A DNA stretch of 33,602 nucleotides from a virus (Duplodnaviria > Caudoviricetes), in IMG/VR virus record IMGVR_UViG_3300005805_000262, positions 1-33,602 of that record, one strand, 5' to 3'. Shown here piece by piece: positions 8,265 to 17,868 of the stretch. The notes below the pieces were generated by a model that saw only the letters and a program-made list of their open reading frames with translations, searched no databases and was not told the DNA's origin. Made by a program: the position numbers and the translations under genes. Each line of letters opens with the position of its first letter. Within the stretch, counting starts at the first letter, position 1.

Positions 8265-10514
8265 ATGGCGATAACAATCGGCGGTTTACAGCAAGATCCA
8301 GATGGATTATCATACGAGATAGCAGATTTTACTGCTGTCAGTACCCATCCTCTTGTAATAGACACTACACGCAAACTTATTAAATTAACCCAAGCAGGTA
8401 ACTTGACTAGGGATGGTGTTACATTTAAATGCCTATACTCTAAATTAAAAGAGATATGGACCAATGATCCTGCTGCATATATCTATCCATTTCCTATTGG
8501 TCCAGTTACTGACGAACAATATGAATTAATCAATGGTTGGAACTTTGATACAGACGGAACTATAATTACTGCATCTATTTCAGGTACAACAATGACGGTA
8601 TCTGCAGTAACACAAGGTAAATTAGTTCCAGGTCAAATTATTTCTGGAACTGGTGTAACTGCTGGAACATTTATTACAGCAAATGGTTCTGGTTCTGGTG
8701 GAACAGGAACATACACAGTAAGTGTGTCGCAATCAGTTTCATCTACTTCTATGGTTGCCACAACTATTAACCCAGCAACAAAGATTACTATTGCAAATGT
8801 TAGCGGAAATTCAGGAACTACTATTTTAACAACTACTGGATCATTTACTGGACTATGGGTAAATGCTATAGTTCAAGGTGTTGGTATACCAGACAATACT
8901 AGAATTGCTTCAATTGATTCATCTACTCAAATAACACTTACAAAACAATTAACTGCAAATATTACGTCTCAGTCAATAGTATTTTATGCTATTACAGACT
9001 TTACATGGTCATTAATTAAATTTGGTGGTTGGGCACTTAAAAATGCAACTGGTGTATCACAAGAAGAATGGGTAGGTATTGTTACTCTTGGAGATGTATC
9101 AGCTCAAAAACAAACTTTATCTAAACTTACGACTGCTGTAACTACTAATAGCGATATAATTACCGTTGCAGACACATCTGATATATTTGTTGGTTCATAT
9201 GTTTCTACTGTTGGTTCTAGAATTGGTACAAGAGTTACTGAAATCATTTCGCCAACTCAATTTAGAATTAATAGAACAATCACATCGTTAGTAGTTGGCG
9301 CAACAGTTACTATTAGACCTGAACCATATATCTATTATCAATTAGGCTCTGCTACTTCTGCCCCAGTAAATGCAATCTTACATGGCGCTGTTGAACAAGC
9401 AATTAAAGTGTACGGTGATTCATCACACGGAAACTTTGACTATAGAGTTCCTGAAGTCGCACGCTTGTTCCTTCGTGAACAAGGATTTACATATGATGAT
9501 ATCGACCTTCAAGACTTAGGTTTGACATCAATTACATATAATACACTACGATTGTCAATATCAAACGTACCTGATCCTAATATTTCAGTTACAGATAACC
9601 AAATCTCTACAACAGGTATTACACCAACAGTTGCTCCATATAGTGGAATGAGTATCACATGGTATACTACTCCACAGGCTAGAGTCATTGGTGGTGTTAC
9701 AAAATATTTCAATGTTATCATTGACGGTAATGGCGGTACTCCACAACAAATCTATGAATATGTTCAGTGGGCATTACGTCGTGGAACTGGTATTGATATA
9801 GATGCTGGAACGGCTAGTAAAGTTGGTGCAACGACTCGTGTCTTGTTAGAATTTAAAGGTACTTCATTATATACATTGTACGACCAATCTGATGGTGGTG
9901 TGTATATCGATGACTTTGATGTTAAATATATTAATGACCTTGTATTCTTAGACAACACAAATACTGAAATAACTTATCCATACATCTCTTATGGTGAATT
10001 AGAATTTAATAGTACGATCATTCAAGACCAAGATGAAGGCTTATTTAAGTTATTCTTTAAACAAATAAGCACGGAAGACGAATCTCGTAAATTTACTGAG
10101 AATGATGCTGTTATCGTTAAGTCAAGAACTACAGATCTAAGCGGTGATGGAACCTATGAAATTAAGGGTAACATGCAGACTTTATTTAATACATCTGCAA
10201 CCCGTTATGAATATGATTTTGACTTTGAATTTAATGTTCAGGCATATTGGTCACCATGGAATCTATATCGAGTAAATGATGAGTACTGTTACTTGACAAA
10301 ATGGTATAGGGTAACTACACAATATACCTCAGGAGCAACATATTCTGCTGGACTTGACACAGCAAATGCAGTAGAAATAGATGGCCCAACAGTAGTTTTA
10401 GTAGCTGTAGGTTTACAAAATGGTCAATATACTCGACAAGAAGGTACTATTGAAAAGACTATCTCTAACTTAATAACCGTAGTATCATCTCAAGAAAATA
10501 ACTACGCTGAGTAG
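8265..10514 (+). CDS. Putative virion structural protein with three tandem inserted beta modules
   Basis: Modules [16 protein letters not shown] / [16 protein letters not shown] / [17 protein letters not shown]; C-terminal aromatic [11 protein letters not shown]...WYRV segment like a CBM5/12 module; N-terminus resembles ORF 12885-13448. Confidence 0.6.
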   Translation: MAITIGGLQQDPDGLSYEIADFTAVSTHPLVIDTTRKLIKLTQAGNLTRDGVTFKCLYSKLKEIWTNDPAAYIYPFPIGPVTDEQYELINGWNFDTDGTIITASISGTTMTVSAVTQGKLVPGQIISGTGVTAGTFITANGSGSGGTGTYTVSVSQSVSSTSMVATTINPATKITIANVSGNSGTTILTTTGSFTGLWVNAIVQGVGIPDNTRIASIDSSTQITLTKQLTANITSQSIVFYAITDFTWSLIKFGGWALKNATGVSQEEWVGIVTLGDVSAQKQTLSKLTTAVTTNSDIITVADTSDIFVGSYVSTVGSRIGTRVTEIISPTQFRINRTITSLVVGATVTIRPEPYIYYQLGSATSAPVNAILHGAVEQAIKVYGDSSHGNFDYRVPEVARLFLREQGFTYDDIDLQDLGLTSITYNTLRLSISNVPDPNISVTDNQISTTGITPTVAPYSGMSITWYTTPQARVIGGVTKYFNVIIDGNGGTPQQIYEYVQWALRRGTGIDIDAGTASKVGATTRVLLEFKGTSLYTLYDQSDGGVYIDDFDVKYINDLVFLDNTNTEITYPYISYGELEFNSTIIQDQDEGLFKLFFKQISTEDESRKFTENDAVIVKSRTTDLSGDGTYEIKGNMQTLFNTSATRYEYDFDFEFNVQAYWSPWNLYRVNDEYCYLTKWYRVTTQYTSGATYSAGLDTANAVEIDGPTVVLVAVGLQNGQYTRQEGTIEKTISNLITVVSSQENNYAE

Positions 10515-10522
10515 GGAAAAAT

Positions 10523-10530
10523 AATAAATA
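10523..10530 (+). promoter_or_regulatory. Possible late promoter variant (AATAAATA)
   Basis: Near-consensus, intergenic, upstream of AAGGA and ATG 10574; the region is very A-rich so a chance match is possible. Confidence 0.5.
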
Positions 10531-10573
10531 GATAAAGTAGTATAAAACTAAATAAAACTAAAGGAATAAGAAA

Positions 10574-12883
10574 ATGTCAACAACGAATTTTGTGCAGTTA
10601 CCTCCAGACGGTGTCGGAAAGAAAGTAAGACATCGCGTTACTACTGATATTAAAGTTACCAGTATTACTCTTACCCCTGCTGTAGGTACTGTTGTCTATG
10701 GTAATACATCAGGCGCATTTGGTACTTTATCTGGCGTATACTCAGCTGAAGATACTGTATGGTATTTAAAAGATATCAGTGGTTCATTCTCTGCCGGTGA
10801 AACTCTACGAAACCAAGCAAATACACAGAACTATGCTACAGCTTCTGTAGTTAATAATTCTATCAATTCTGCAGCAATGCAGATTGTTGATGCTGACACG
10901 CCTGAATATACGTTGACAGTAGACAAACGTGGTGCGGCTCTTACATCCTTCCCTGAAGGTACTCCACAGTTTGACGCCTTTGGTAGACAACAACTTTCTC
11001 AATTACTTGCTGTTGGTGAATATTATCACTTTACTCAAGAGTTAGCTGGAAAATATTATACAACAACTGAAGGTGGAAGTTCATCAGTCAAGTATGATGT
11101 TGCACAATCATCCATTGTTTATACTACAGGCACTGGTTCTACAGACTGGGCAAAACGAGTTACTAATCAATATCATCCATACAAACCAGGTGTTTCACAA
11201 CTTGCTTATACATCGGTGGAAATAGGCGACACAGGTAAAGCTAACGTTGTTCGTGAATGGGGTTACTTTGATGACTTTAATGGTTTTGGTTTCCGCTTAG
11301 ACGGAACTACACTTAAAGTTTTCTACCGTACAGATTCATCTGGAATAGTTGTGGATACTACAGTTTCCCAAGCAAATTGGAACGTTAATGCATTAAATTC
11401 TGCTACGGCTTCTGACTTCTTATTGGATGTTTCTAAATCTAATCTATATTGGATGGACGTTCAAGGTACAGTTGGTCGTATTCGTCTTGGTGTAGAAACA
11501 CCAGACGGTCGTCGTATTACATGTCACGAATTCCGTAATATTAATAATTTAGATGGTACATCAATACGTAATTTAACCTTACCATTAACATGGGCTCAAC
11601 GTAACACAGGTTCAGTTTCTAGTTCGCCTGCAGCTACTCAGTCTATGCGAGTTGGTGATGGTGTTGTATTTACAGAATCTGCCGACGTTCAGTACACTGG
11701 TGTTTTAACACACATTATTCCAAATGAGCCTATTGTATTGACTGATCCTGATGTATATAAACCATTCTTACAATTTAAAGCTAAGAATACTGTTCGTGGT
11801 CCAGTTCAAGATGCTGGAACATTTATTACAGGATATAGCTATACTATTACTTCTATTGGAACTACTGACTTCACATTGATTGGTGCATCTGCAAACGTTG
11901 TTGGTGTACAATTCACAGCAACAGGGGCTGGCACCGGTAGCGGTAAAGCTTCTGCAAATATGCCTAACTCAGTCATTGGTATCCATGAAACATTTGACTG
12001 GGCATCTCAAGGTGATGCTAATATTCATATTGGTATCTTTGTATTACCTAGCCAAAAATGGGTTAATAATCATCACTGGTCAGAAACAATTCAACCAGCT
12101 ACAATGTTATATGTAGACACTAATACTACAGATATGGCACAGTATCAGTATTGGGCTGGTGGACCTACAGACATTGCTGGTTCTATTTCTGGCACTACCT
12201 TAACTGTTACATCTTTAAGCGGCTCATTACTAGCTGAAATGTATGTAACACCATCTCCAACATATGCAAATGGACCATTATATATCAATGGATCTGCATC
12301 ATTTGCAGCAACTACTGGTTCAGTATTAGCTTTAACTCAAGTTCTTGAGCAATTGACAGCTACAGGTTCTGCTGCCGCATCGCCAACATATGGTACACAA
12401 ACTGGCGGATCTGGCGTTGCTGGTTCTAATAAACTTGTATTATCATCTCTTGCTGGTGTTGCTCCAGGTCAATTAATTGCTGGTACTAACTTGCCAGCTG
12501 GTACAACTATTGAAGGCATTAAGAATAATGTATTAACATTATCTAAAGCATTTACTGGTACTGGTTCTGGTACATATAATGTATACACTAAAGGTGGAGT
12601 TGGTACATATCGTGTAAGTAAATCACAAACAGTTGGATCACTAACTGGTTACGGCGGTTACTATAAATTCTGGCCAATTGAATCCTTTGTTGCTCCGGCA
12701 AATTCTGAAGGTCGAACAGCTCTTGGTGACCGTATCGAAAAATCATTCGGTCTTGGTGGTAATCCTAACCCAGCTGAAGATGAGAAAGGTGTATTTGCAT
12801 TTGCTGCTAAACCTTTCCCAACTACTGGCACATTTACATCAGCATCTCTATTGTACACTAAATACTGGAAAGAGATTAGATAA
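10574..12883 (+). CDS. Putative virion structural/adhesin protein (lectin-like core with inserted modules)
   Basis: Core with DAFGRQ, YHPYKPG, REWGYFDDFNGFGFRL, NLYWMD..G.VGRIRLG, suggestive of a ConA/laminin-G-like sandwich (inference); Gly/Thr-rich inserted modules shared with neighbouring genes. Confidence 0.55.
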   Translation: MSTTNFVQLPPDGVGKKVRHRVTTDIKVTSITLTPAVGTVVYGNTSGAFGTLSGVYSAEDTVWYLKDISGSFSAGETLRNQANTQNYATASVVNNSINSAAMQIVDADTPEYTLTVDKRGAALTSFPEGTPQFDAFGRQQLSQLLAVGEYYHFTQELAGKYYTTTEGGSSSVKYDVAQSSIVYTTGTGSTDWAKRVTNQYHPYKPGVSQLAYTSVEIGDTGKANVVREWGYFDDFNGFGFRLDGTTLKVFYRTDSSGIVVDTTVSQANWNVNALNSATASDFLLDVSKSNLYWMDVQGTVGRIRLGVETPDGRRITCHEFRNINNLDGTSIRNLTLPLTWAQRNTGSVSSSPAATQSMRVGDGVVFTESADVQYTGVLTHIIPNEPIVLTDPDVYKPFLQFKAKNTVRGPVQDAGTFITGYSYTITSIGTTDFTLIGASANVVGVQFTATGAGTGSGKASANMPNSVIGIHETFDWASQGDANIHIGIFVLPSQKWVNNHHWSETIQPATMLYVDTNTTDMAQYQYWAGGPTDIAGSISGTTLTVTSLSGSLLAEMYVTPSPTYANGPLYINGSASFAATTGSVLALTQVLEQLTATGSAAASPTYGTQTGGSGVAGSNKLVLSSLAGVAPGQLIAGTNLPAGTTIEGIKNNVLTLSKAFTGTGSGTYNVYTKGGVGTYRVSKSQTVGSLTGYGGYYKFWPIESFVAPANSEGRTALGDRIEKSFGLGGNPNPAEDEKGVFAFAAKPFPTTGTFTSASLLYTKYWKEIR

Positions 12884-12884
12884 C

Positions 12885-13448
12885 TTGATAACTTCTACTG
12901 CAGTCAGTTTTTGGGATGACCTTGTTGACCCGTTGAAAGTAATATTTGACGGAGATAACAAATTAATCTATATTGCGCCTCAATACAATACTATCAATGT
13001 AAAGATTGACCTGTATTCAGCGGCAAAACGCTGGCTGCAAAGAAGACAGAACATGAGTTACCTACCTCCACTTCGTTCAATTGGTGGTGACTCTGTAGGC
13101 AGTGGATTATATGCAGGTGATATTTACTTTCTTACAAATAACTGGCGAGTAGATGTTACAAACACTGTTTCTATTACTGGTATTCTTTATCAAGATAACT
13201 TAAGTCTTGATACATACATTGTTGAAGCAGGTGGCGGCGTTATTTCTACTGTTGCAAACTTAGCATACGCTTATAATACAACAGGGGTTACTGTTCCTTC
13301 TGCTGCTGAAATTAGAGACGAAATCCTTGGTGCTAATCCATCCACATACGCTAATACAGAAACTGTTGGTGGTAAGATTTACGATACTAAAGAAGATACT
13401 TCTGAAATTAAGACTAACACAGACAATATTATTGCTCTGACCGTCTAA
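12885..13448 (+). CDS. Hypothetical virion protein, probable paralog of the N-terminal domain of ORF 8265; likely TTG start
   Basis: Track ORF 12678-13448 overlaps the upstream gene by about 200 nt; an in-frame TTG at 12885 sits 1 nt after the upstream TAA. FDGDNKLIYI...LYSAAKRW...YFLTNNW aligns by eye with [10 protein letters not shown]...LYSKLKEIW...YELINGW. Confidence 0.6.
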   Translation: MITSTAVSFWDDLVDPLKVIFDGDNKLIYIAPQYNTINVKIDLYSAAKRWLQRRQNMSYLPPLRSIGGDSVGSGLYAGDIYFLTNNWRVDVTNTVSITGILYQDNLSLDTYIVEAGGGVISTVANLAYAYNTTGVTVPSAAEIRDEILGANPSTYANTETVGGKIYDTKEDTSEIKTNTDNIIALTV

Positions 13449-13459
13449 GGACTTTAAAT

Positions 13460-14422
13460 ATGGCAGTTACAAGTAGGGCAGAACTAACAGAATATTGTTT
13501 AAGAGCACTTGGTGAACCGGTGGTCGAAGTCAATGTTGATGACTCACAACTTGAAGAGCGTATTGATGAAGCTCTTGATTATTGGAATCAATATCACTTT
13601 GATGGCGCGGAAAAACTTTATCTTAAACAAAAGATAACTGCATCAAACCTCAACATAACAACAGCAACTTCATCAAACTTCAAGCTTGGTGATAAAATTA
13701 CTGGAGTAACTTCAGGAGCTACTGCTGAAGTATGTGCTGAGAATAATAGAACATCTGGTGCTTCAGAGATTATAGTTAAAAATGTTACTGGTACATTTAT
13801 AGCATCTGAAACTATCGGTAACGGTACAACAACAGCACAGCTTACTGCAACTAATTTTGTAGTATTAGGTACATATGACAAACGTTATATACCATTACCC
13901 GATACAGTTTATGGTGTAACTAGAGTTATTCCATTTAATGCTGCTTCAAGCTCAAAGAATCTATTTGACTTACAATACCAATTAAGACTTAATGACTTAT
14001 ATGATTTGACTTCAACATCGATCATTTACTATAAGACAGTCATGAGTCATATCTCATTACTTAACTTAGAACTAAATGGTTATCCTTTATATAGATTTAA
14101 TCGTATGCAAGGTAACTTATATCTTGATGTTAACTGGGCTTCTGATTTTGCTCTAGGAGACTTCATTATCATGGAATGCTACAGAGCTTTAGATCCAACA
14201 GAGTGGACTAAAGTATGGAACGAACCATGGTTGCGCAAATATGTTACTGCATTATTTAAACGCCAATGGGCAATTAACGGTAAAAAATTCCAAGGTTTAG
14301 TACTTCCAGGTGGTGTAACAATCGACTGGCAAGGCATGTATGAAGAGGCAAAGATAGAGATCAAAGAGCTAGAAGACGAGATGATGAATAAATCAGCTCC
14401 ACTTGAGTTTTTCTTAGGATAA
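13460..14422 (+). CDS. gp13: Neck protein gp13
   Basis: SRAELTEYCLRALGEPVVEVNVDDSQLEERIDEAL N-terminus; KRQWAINGKKFQGLVLPGGVTI C-terminus; synteny with gp14/gp15. Confidence 0.93.
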   Translation: MAVTSRAELTEYCLRALGEPVVEVNVDDSQLEERIDEALDYWNQYHFDGAEKLYLKQKITASNLNITTATSSNFKLGDKITGVTSGATAEVCAENNRTSGASEIIVKNVTGTFIASETIGNGTTTAQLTATNFVVLGTYDKRYIPLPDTVYGVTRVIPFNAASSSKNLFDLQYQLRLNDLYDLTSTSIIYYKTVMSHISLLNLELNGYPLYRFNRMQGNLYLDVNWASDFALGDFIIMECYRALDPTEWTKVWNEPWLRKYVTALFKRQWAINGKKFQGLVLPGGVTIDWQGMYEEAKIEIKELEDEMMNKSAPLEFFLG

Positions 14423-14425
14423 TAA

Positions 14426-15475
14426 ATGCCACGTTCAGTATATCATTCGCATGGCGCAAGGTCAGAACAGCTATTTCATGAAGACCTTATAGTTGAATCC
14501 ATTCATCATTATGGACAGAACTTCTATTACATTCCACGCACACTTATAGGTAAAGATGAAATCTTAGGCGAAGATCGCCTATCTCAATTTAAATCTGCAT
14601 ATGGTATTGAAATGTACCTTGAGACTACTGATGGATTTGAAGGTCAGGGCGCATTTATCCAAAAGTTTGGACTTATGATGGAACAAAGTGCTACATTAAC
14701 TGTAGCACGCCGTCGATGGGATCAACTCATTGGTCGCCATGCAGCATCTCTTTTACCTAATAGACCAGCAGAAGGGGATCTACTTTATTTTCCGCTTACT
14801 GGTGGTTTATTTGAAATTAAGTTTGTTACACATCAAGATCCTTTCTATCAAATTGGTAAACTCTTTGTGTATAAACTACAAGTTGAACTCTTTCAATATG
14901 CATCAGAACATATTACAACTGGTCTTAAAGATATTGATACATTTGAAACTCTCAAGTCATTTGATACTACTGTGGTTAAGAATGGTACTGTTAAAGAGAT
15001 CATGGTTACCAATAAAGGAGTTAATTACACATCAGCACCCACTGTAGAAGTGGGTGTTACATGGACAGCAACGACTGCTGTTGACGTAAGAGATGAACTA
15101 TCATTTGGAACTAAACAATACATTGTTACACAAGCTGGTACAACTGGAGCAACGGGCCCAACACACTCATCTGGAATTCTTGCAAATGGTACTGCTTTAC
15201 TTAAGTATGTTGGTACAAGAGCTCAAGCAACTGCAACTGTTGGAACAGGCGTTGCATTAGGAGAAATAGTTAAAATAGTTGTAACAAATCCTGGTTCTGG
15301 TTATACATCAACACCTCCTGTTATTATATCAGGTGGAGGTGGTAATTCTGCTACTGCAGTAGCTTATATTGAAAATCTTGATAATCAAGATTCATACGGT
15401 GATAATAACAAGTTTAAAGAAGAAGCCGTTGGTATTGTATTTAACGAAGACAATCCTTTTGGAGAGATTAGCTAA
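14426..15475 (+). CDS. gp14: Neck protein gp14 with inserted C-terminal modules
   Basis: EQLFHEDLIVESI, YYIPR, RPAEGDLLYFP, FEIKFV, PFYQIGK and terminal FNEDNPFGE motifs. Confidence 0.93.
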   Translation: MPRSVYHSHGARSEQLFHEDLIVESIHHYGQNFYYIPRTLIGKDEILGEDRLSQFKSAYGIEMYLETTDGFEGQGAFIQKFGLMMEQSATLTVARRRWDQLIGRHAASLLPNRPAEGDLLYFPLTGGLFEIKFVTHQDPFYQIGKLFVYKLQVELFQYASEHITTGLKDIDTFETLKSFDTTVVKNGTVKEIMVTNKGVNYTSAPTVEVGVTWTATTAVDVRDELSFGTKQYIVTQAGTTGATGPTHSSGILANGTALLKYVGTRAQATATVGTGVALGEIVKIVVTNPGSGYTSTPPVIISGGGGNSATAVAYIENLDNQDSYGDNNKFKEEAVGIVFNEDNPFGEIS

Positions 15476-16206
15476 TGCTTAACGGAGTACCATTCTACCA
15501 CGGTGCTATTAGAAAAACGATTGTTGCATTTGGTCGTTTATTCTCCGACATCAAGATTGAAAGACAAGGAACTGATGGAGCTATTGCACAAACAGTTCAA
15601 GTTCCTCTTGCATATGCCCCAAAGGAAAAATGGTTAGTTCGTATTGACTCAGATCCAAATCTTAATAATCATACTTACATATCACTACCACGATTATCAT
15701 TTGAAATTACTGGTTACTTCTATGATGCATCGCGTAAAACAAACAAGATGCAACAATTAGTTTGCAATGAGGCTACTACATCTTCTAGTCCAACTAGAAA
15801 AGCTTTATTTGCTCCAGCTCCATATAACATAGACATTAATTTGTATGTTCTTACAAAGACACAAGAAGATGCTATGCAGATACTAGAACAGATTCTACCA
15901 ACATTTGCTCCTGAATATAATCTGTCAGTTCACGCGGTTCCTGAAATGGACATCATTCAAGACATTCCAGTTATTCTTAATAGTGTAACGATTGAAGATA
16001 ACTATGATGGTTCTTTCCAAGAAAGACGATTTGTGGTGCACACACTTAACTTTACATTAAAGACAAATATCTACGGTCCAGTTACAAGTCAAGGCGTTAT
16101 TCTTAAATCAATGGCTAACACCTCTATTCCTGGTCAAAAATATACAGCAGAAGCTGGAGCTACTCCATCATCTGATCCTACAGAAAATTGGGAAGCGCAG
16201 TTTTAA
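15475..16206 (+). CDS. gp15: Tail sheath stabiliser/terminator gp15
   Basis: FYHGAIRKTIVAFGRLF, VPLAYAPKEK, LPRLSFE, QILEQILPTF motifs; TAATG-coupled to gp14. Confidence 0.93.
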   Translation: MLNGVPFYHGAIRKTIVAFGRLFSDIKIERQGTDGAIAQTVQVPLAYAPKEKWLVRIDSDPNLNNHTYISLPRLSFEITGYFYDASRKTNKMQQLVCNEATTSSSPTRKALFAPAPYNIDINLYVLTKTQEDAMQILEQILPTFAPEYNLSVHAVPEMDIIQDIPVILNSVTIEDNYDGSFQERRFVVHTLNFTLKTNIYGPVTSQGVILKSMANTSIPGQKYTAEAGATPSSDPTENWEAQF

Positions 16207-16209
16207 AAC

Positions 16210-17796
16210 ATGGCACAAGTATATAATGCAAATACACAGTTAAAAGCAGCAGGAGTAAAAATACCGTTTACTGAAGAACAGGTAACGGAATGGGTCAAAT
16301 GTAAAGAGGATCCGATATACTTCATAAATAACTACTGCAAGATCATCTCTCTAGACCATGGTCTAGTTCCATTTAAGTTATATGATTGTCAAGTTGAGAA
16401 GGTAAAAATTATCCATGAAAATCGAAAAGTTATCCTTATGGAAGGTCGTCAGCAAGGTAAGACTACGACTTCAGCTGCATACATTCTATGGTATACCCTA
16501 TTTCAAGATAGTAAAACTGTCGCAATCTTGGCAAACAAAGCCACCGCCGCCCGTGAGGTGTTATACAGGTACCAATTAATGTATGAAAACCTTCCGTTGT
16601 GGTTACAACAAGGAGTAACTACATGGAATAAAGGTGATATTGAACTAGAGAACAATAGTAAAGTATTTACCGCAGCTACTACATCATCTGGTATCCGCGG
16701 TAAATCTGTTAACATGCTGTACGTTGATGAAACTGCAATTATACCTAATAATGTTGCTGAAGACTTCTTTACCTCGGTATATCCTACAATTTCTGCTGGT
16801 GAAACAACAAAGATTCTATTATCATCTACTCCATTAGGTTATAATCACTTTTGGAGATTTTGGAATGATGCTGAGAATAAACGTAATGACTTTATTCCGC
16901 TGTTTATTCCATACTGGAAGATTCCTGGTAGAGATGAGAAATGGGCAGAAGAACAAAGAAGACAACTTGGAGAAATTAAATTTAACCAAGAAGTTCTTTG
17001 TACATTCTTAGGTTCTAGCTTAACATTAGTCAGAGCTGATGTCATTGCTAAAATGAGCGCGGCTAGAGTTATACATAGTAAAGATGGATTAGATGTATTT
17101 GAAGAACCTATAAAAGGTCATAACTATGTACTAGTTGCGGATACTGCAAAGGGTGTTGGTGGAGACTATTCATCATTCTCTATCATAGATATTACTGAAG
17201 TACCATATAAACAAGTAGCAAAATATAGAGATAATAAAATTAGTCCGATGTTATATCCATCAGTGATATACAAGATCGGAAAAGAATATAATGAAGCATA
17301 CGTTTTAATGGAGGTTAATTCCTCTGAACAAGTTTCGTCTATCCTTTATTCTGAGATGGAATATGAGAATATCCTATTCGTCAATAGATCAAATGATGGA
17401 CAAGTAGTTTCTGGTGGCTTCGGTGGAGGTAAAGCTCAACTTGGAGTTAATACAGATAAAAAGGTTAAGCGAGTTGGATGTATGAACTTTAAGGCTCTAG
17501 TGGAAGAAGGTAAACTGTTAGTACAGGATATCGACACTATAGCTGAGATCTCAACCTTTATTGAGCAGAAAGGTTCTTATGCTGCCGATGAAGGTTATCA
17601 TGATGATTTGGTTATGACTTTAGTATTATTTAGTTGGTTAACTACAAATCCTTACTTTAAGGATCTTAATGACGTCAATCTTAGACAGATTATGTATGAG
17701 AAACAAATTAAGTCTATTGAGGATGAGTTAACCCCATTCGGATTTTACAATGATGGAAGAGAGACACCTAACGAAGAGGTTCTATTGAATTTTTAG
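16210..17796 (+). CDS. gp17: Terminase large subunit gp17
   Basis: KCKEDPIYF, Walker A GRQQGKTT, Walker B LYVDE, coupling motif SSTP, nuclease residues VADTAKG and HDDLVM. Confidence 0.96.
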   Translation: MAQVYNANTQLKAAGVKIPFTEEQVTEWVKCKEDPIYFINNYCKIISLDHGLVPFKLYDCQVEKVKIIHENRKVILMEGRQQGKTTTSAAYILWYTLFQDSKTVAILANKATAAREVLYRYQLMYENLPLWLQQGVTTWNKGDIELENNSKVFTAATTSSGIRGKSVNMLYVDETAIIPNNVAEDFFTSVYPTISAGETTKILLSSTPLGYNHFWRFWNDAENKRNDFIPLFIPYWKIPGRDEKWAEEQRRQLGEIKFNQEVLCTFLGSSLTLVRADVIAKMSAARVIHSKDGLDVFEEPIKGHNYVLVADTAKGVGGDYSSFSIIDITEVPYKQVAKYRDNKISPMLYPSVIYKIGKEYNEAYVLMEVNSSEQVSSILYSEMEYENILFVNRSNDGQVVSGGFGGGKAQLGVNTDKKVKRVGCMNFKALVEEGKLLVQDIDTIAEISTFIEQKGSYAADEGYHDDLVMTLVLFSWLTTNPYFKDLNDVNLRQIMYEKQIKSIEDELTPFGFYNDGRETPNEEVLLNF

Positions 17797-17800
17797 TTAG

Positions 17801-17808
17801 TATAAATA
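17801..17808 (+). promoter_or_regulatory. T4-type late promoter TATAAATA (gp18)
   Basis: Exact consensus in the gp17-gp18 intergenic region; AAGGAG Shine-Dalgarno downstream. Confidence 0.85.
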
Positions 17809-17868
17809 AATGTATAGAGGTGACTCTAGTTATATCATAAAAATCATAATTTAAGGAGAATCATAAAA

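Noticed and set aside
10543-10562. Tandem 10-mer TAAAACTAAA x2
   Set aside because: Low-complexity A-rich spacer with only two copies; not CRISPR-like or iteron-like.
830-13448. Diversity-generating retroelement or invertible tail-fibre cassette
   Set aside because: No reverse transcriptase or recombinase in the window, and I saw no long near-identical nucleotide repeat pair; the repeats are diverged and mostly visible at protein level. A self dot-plot would confirm this.
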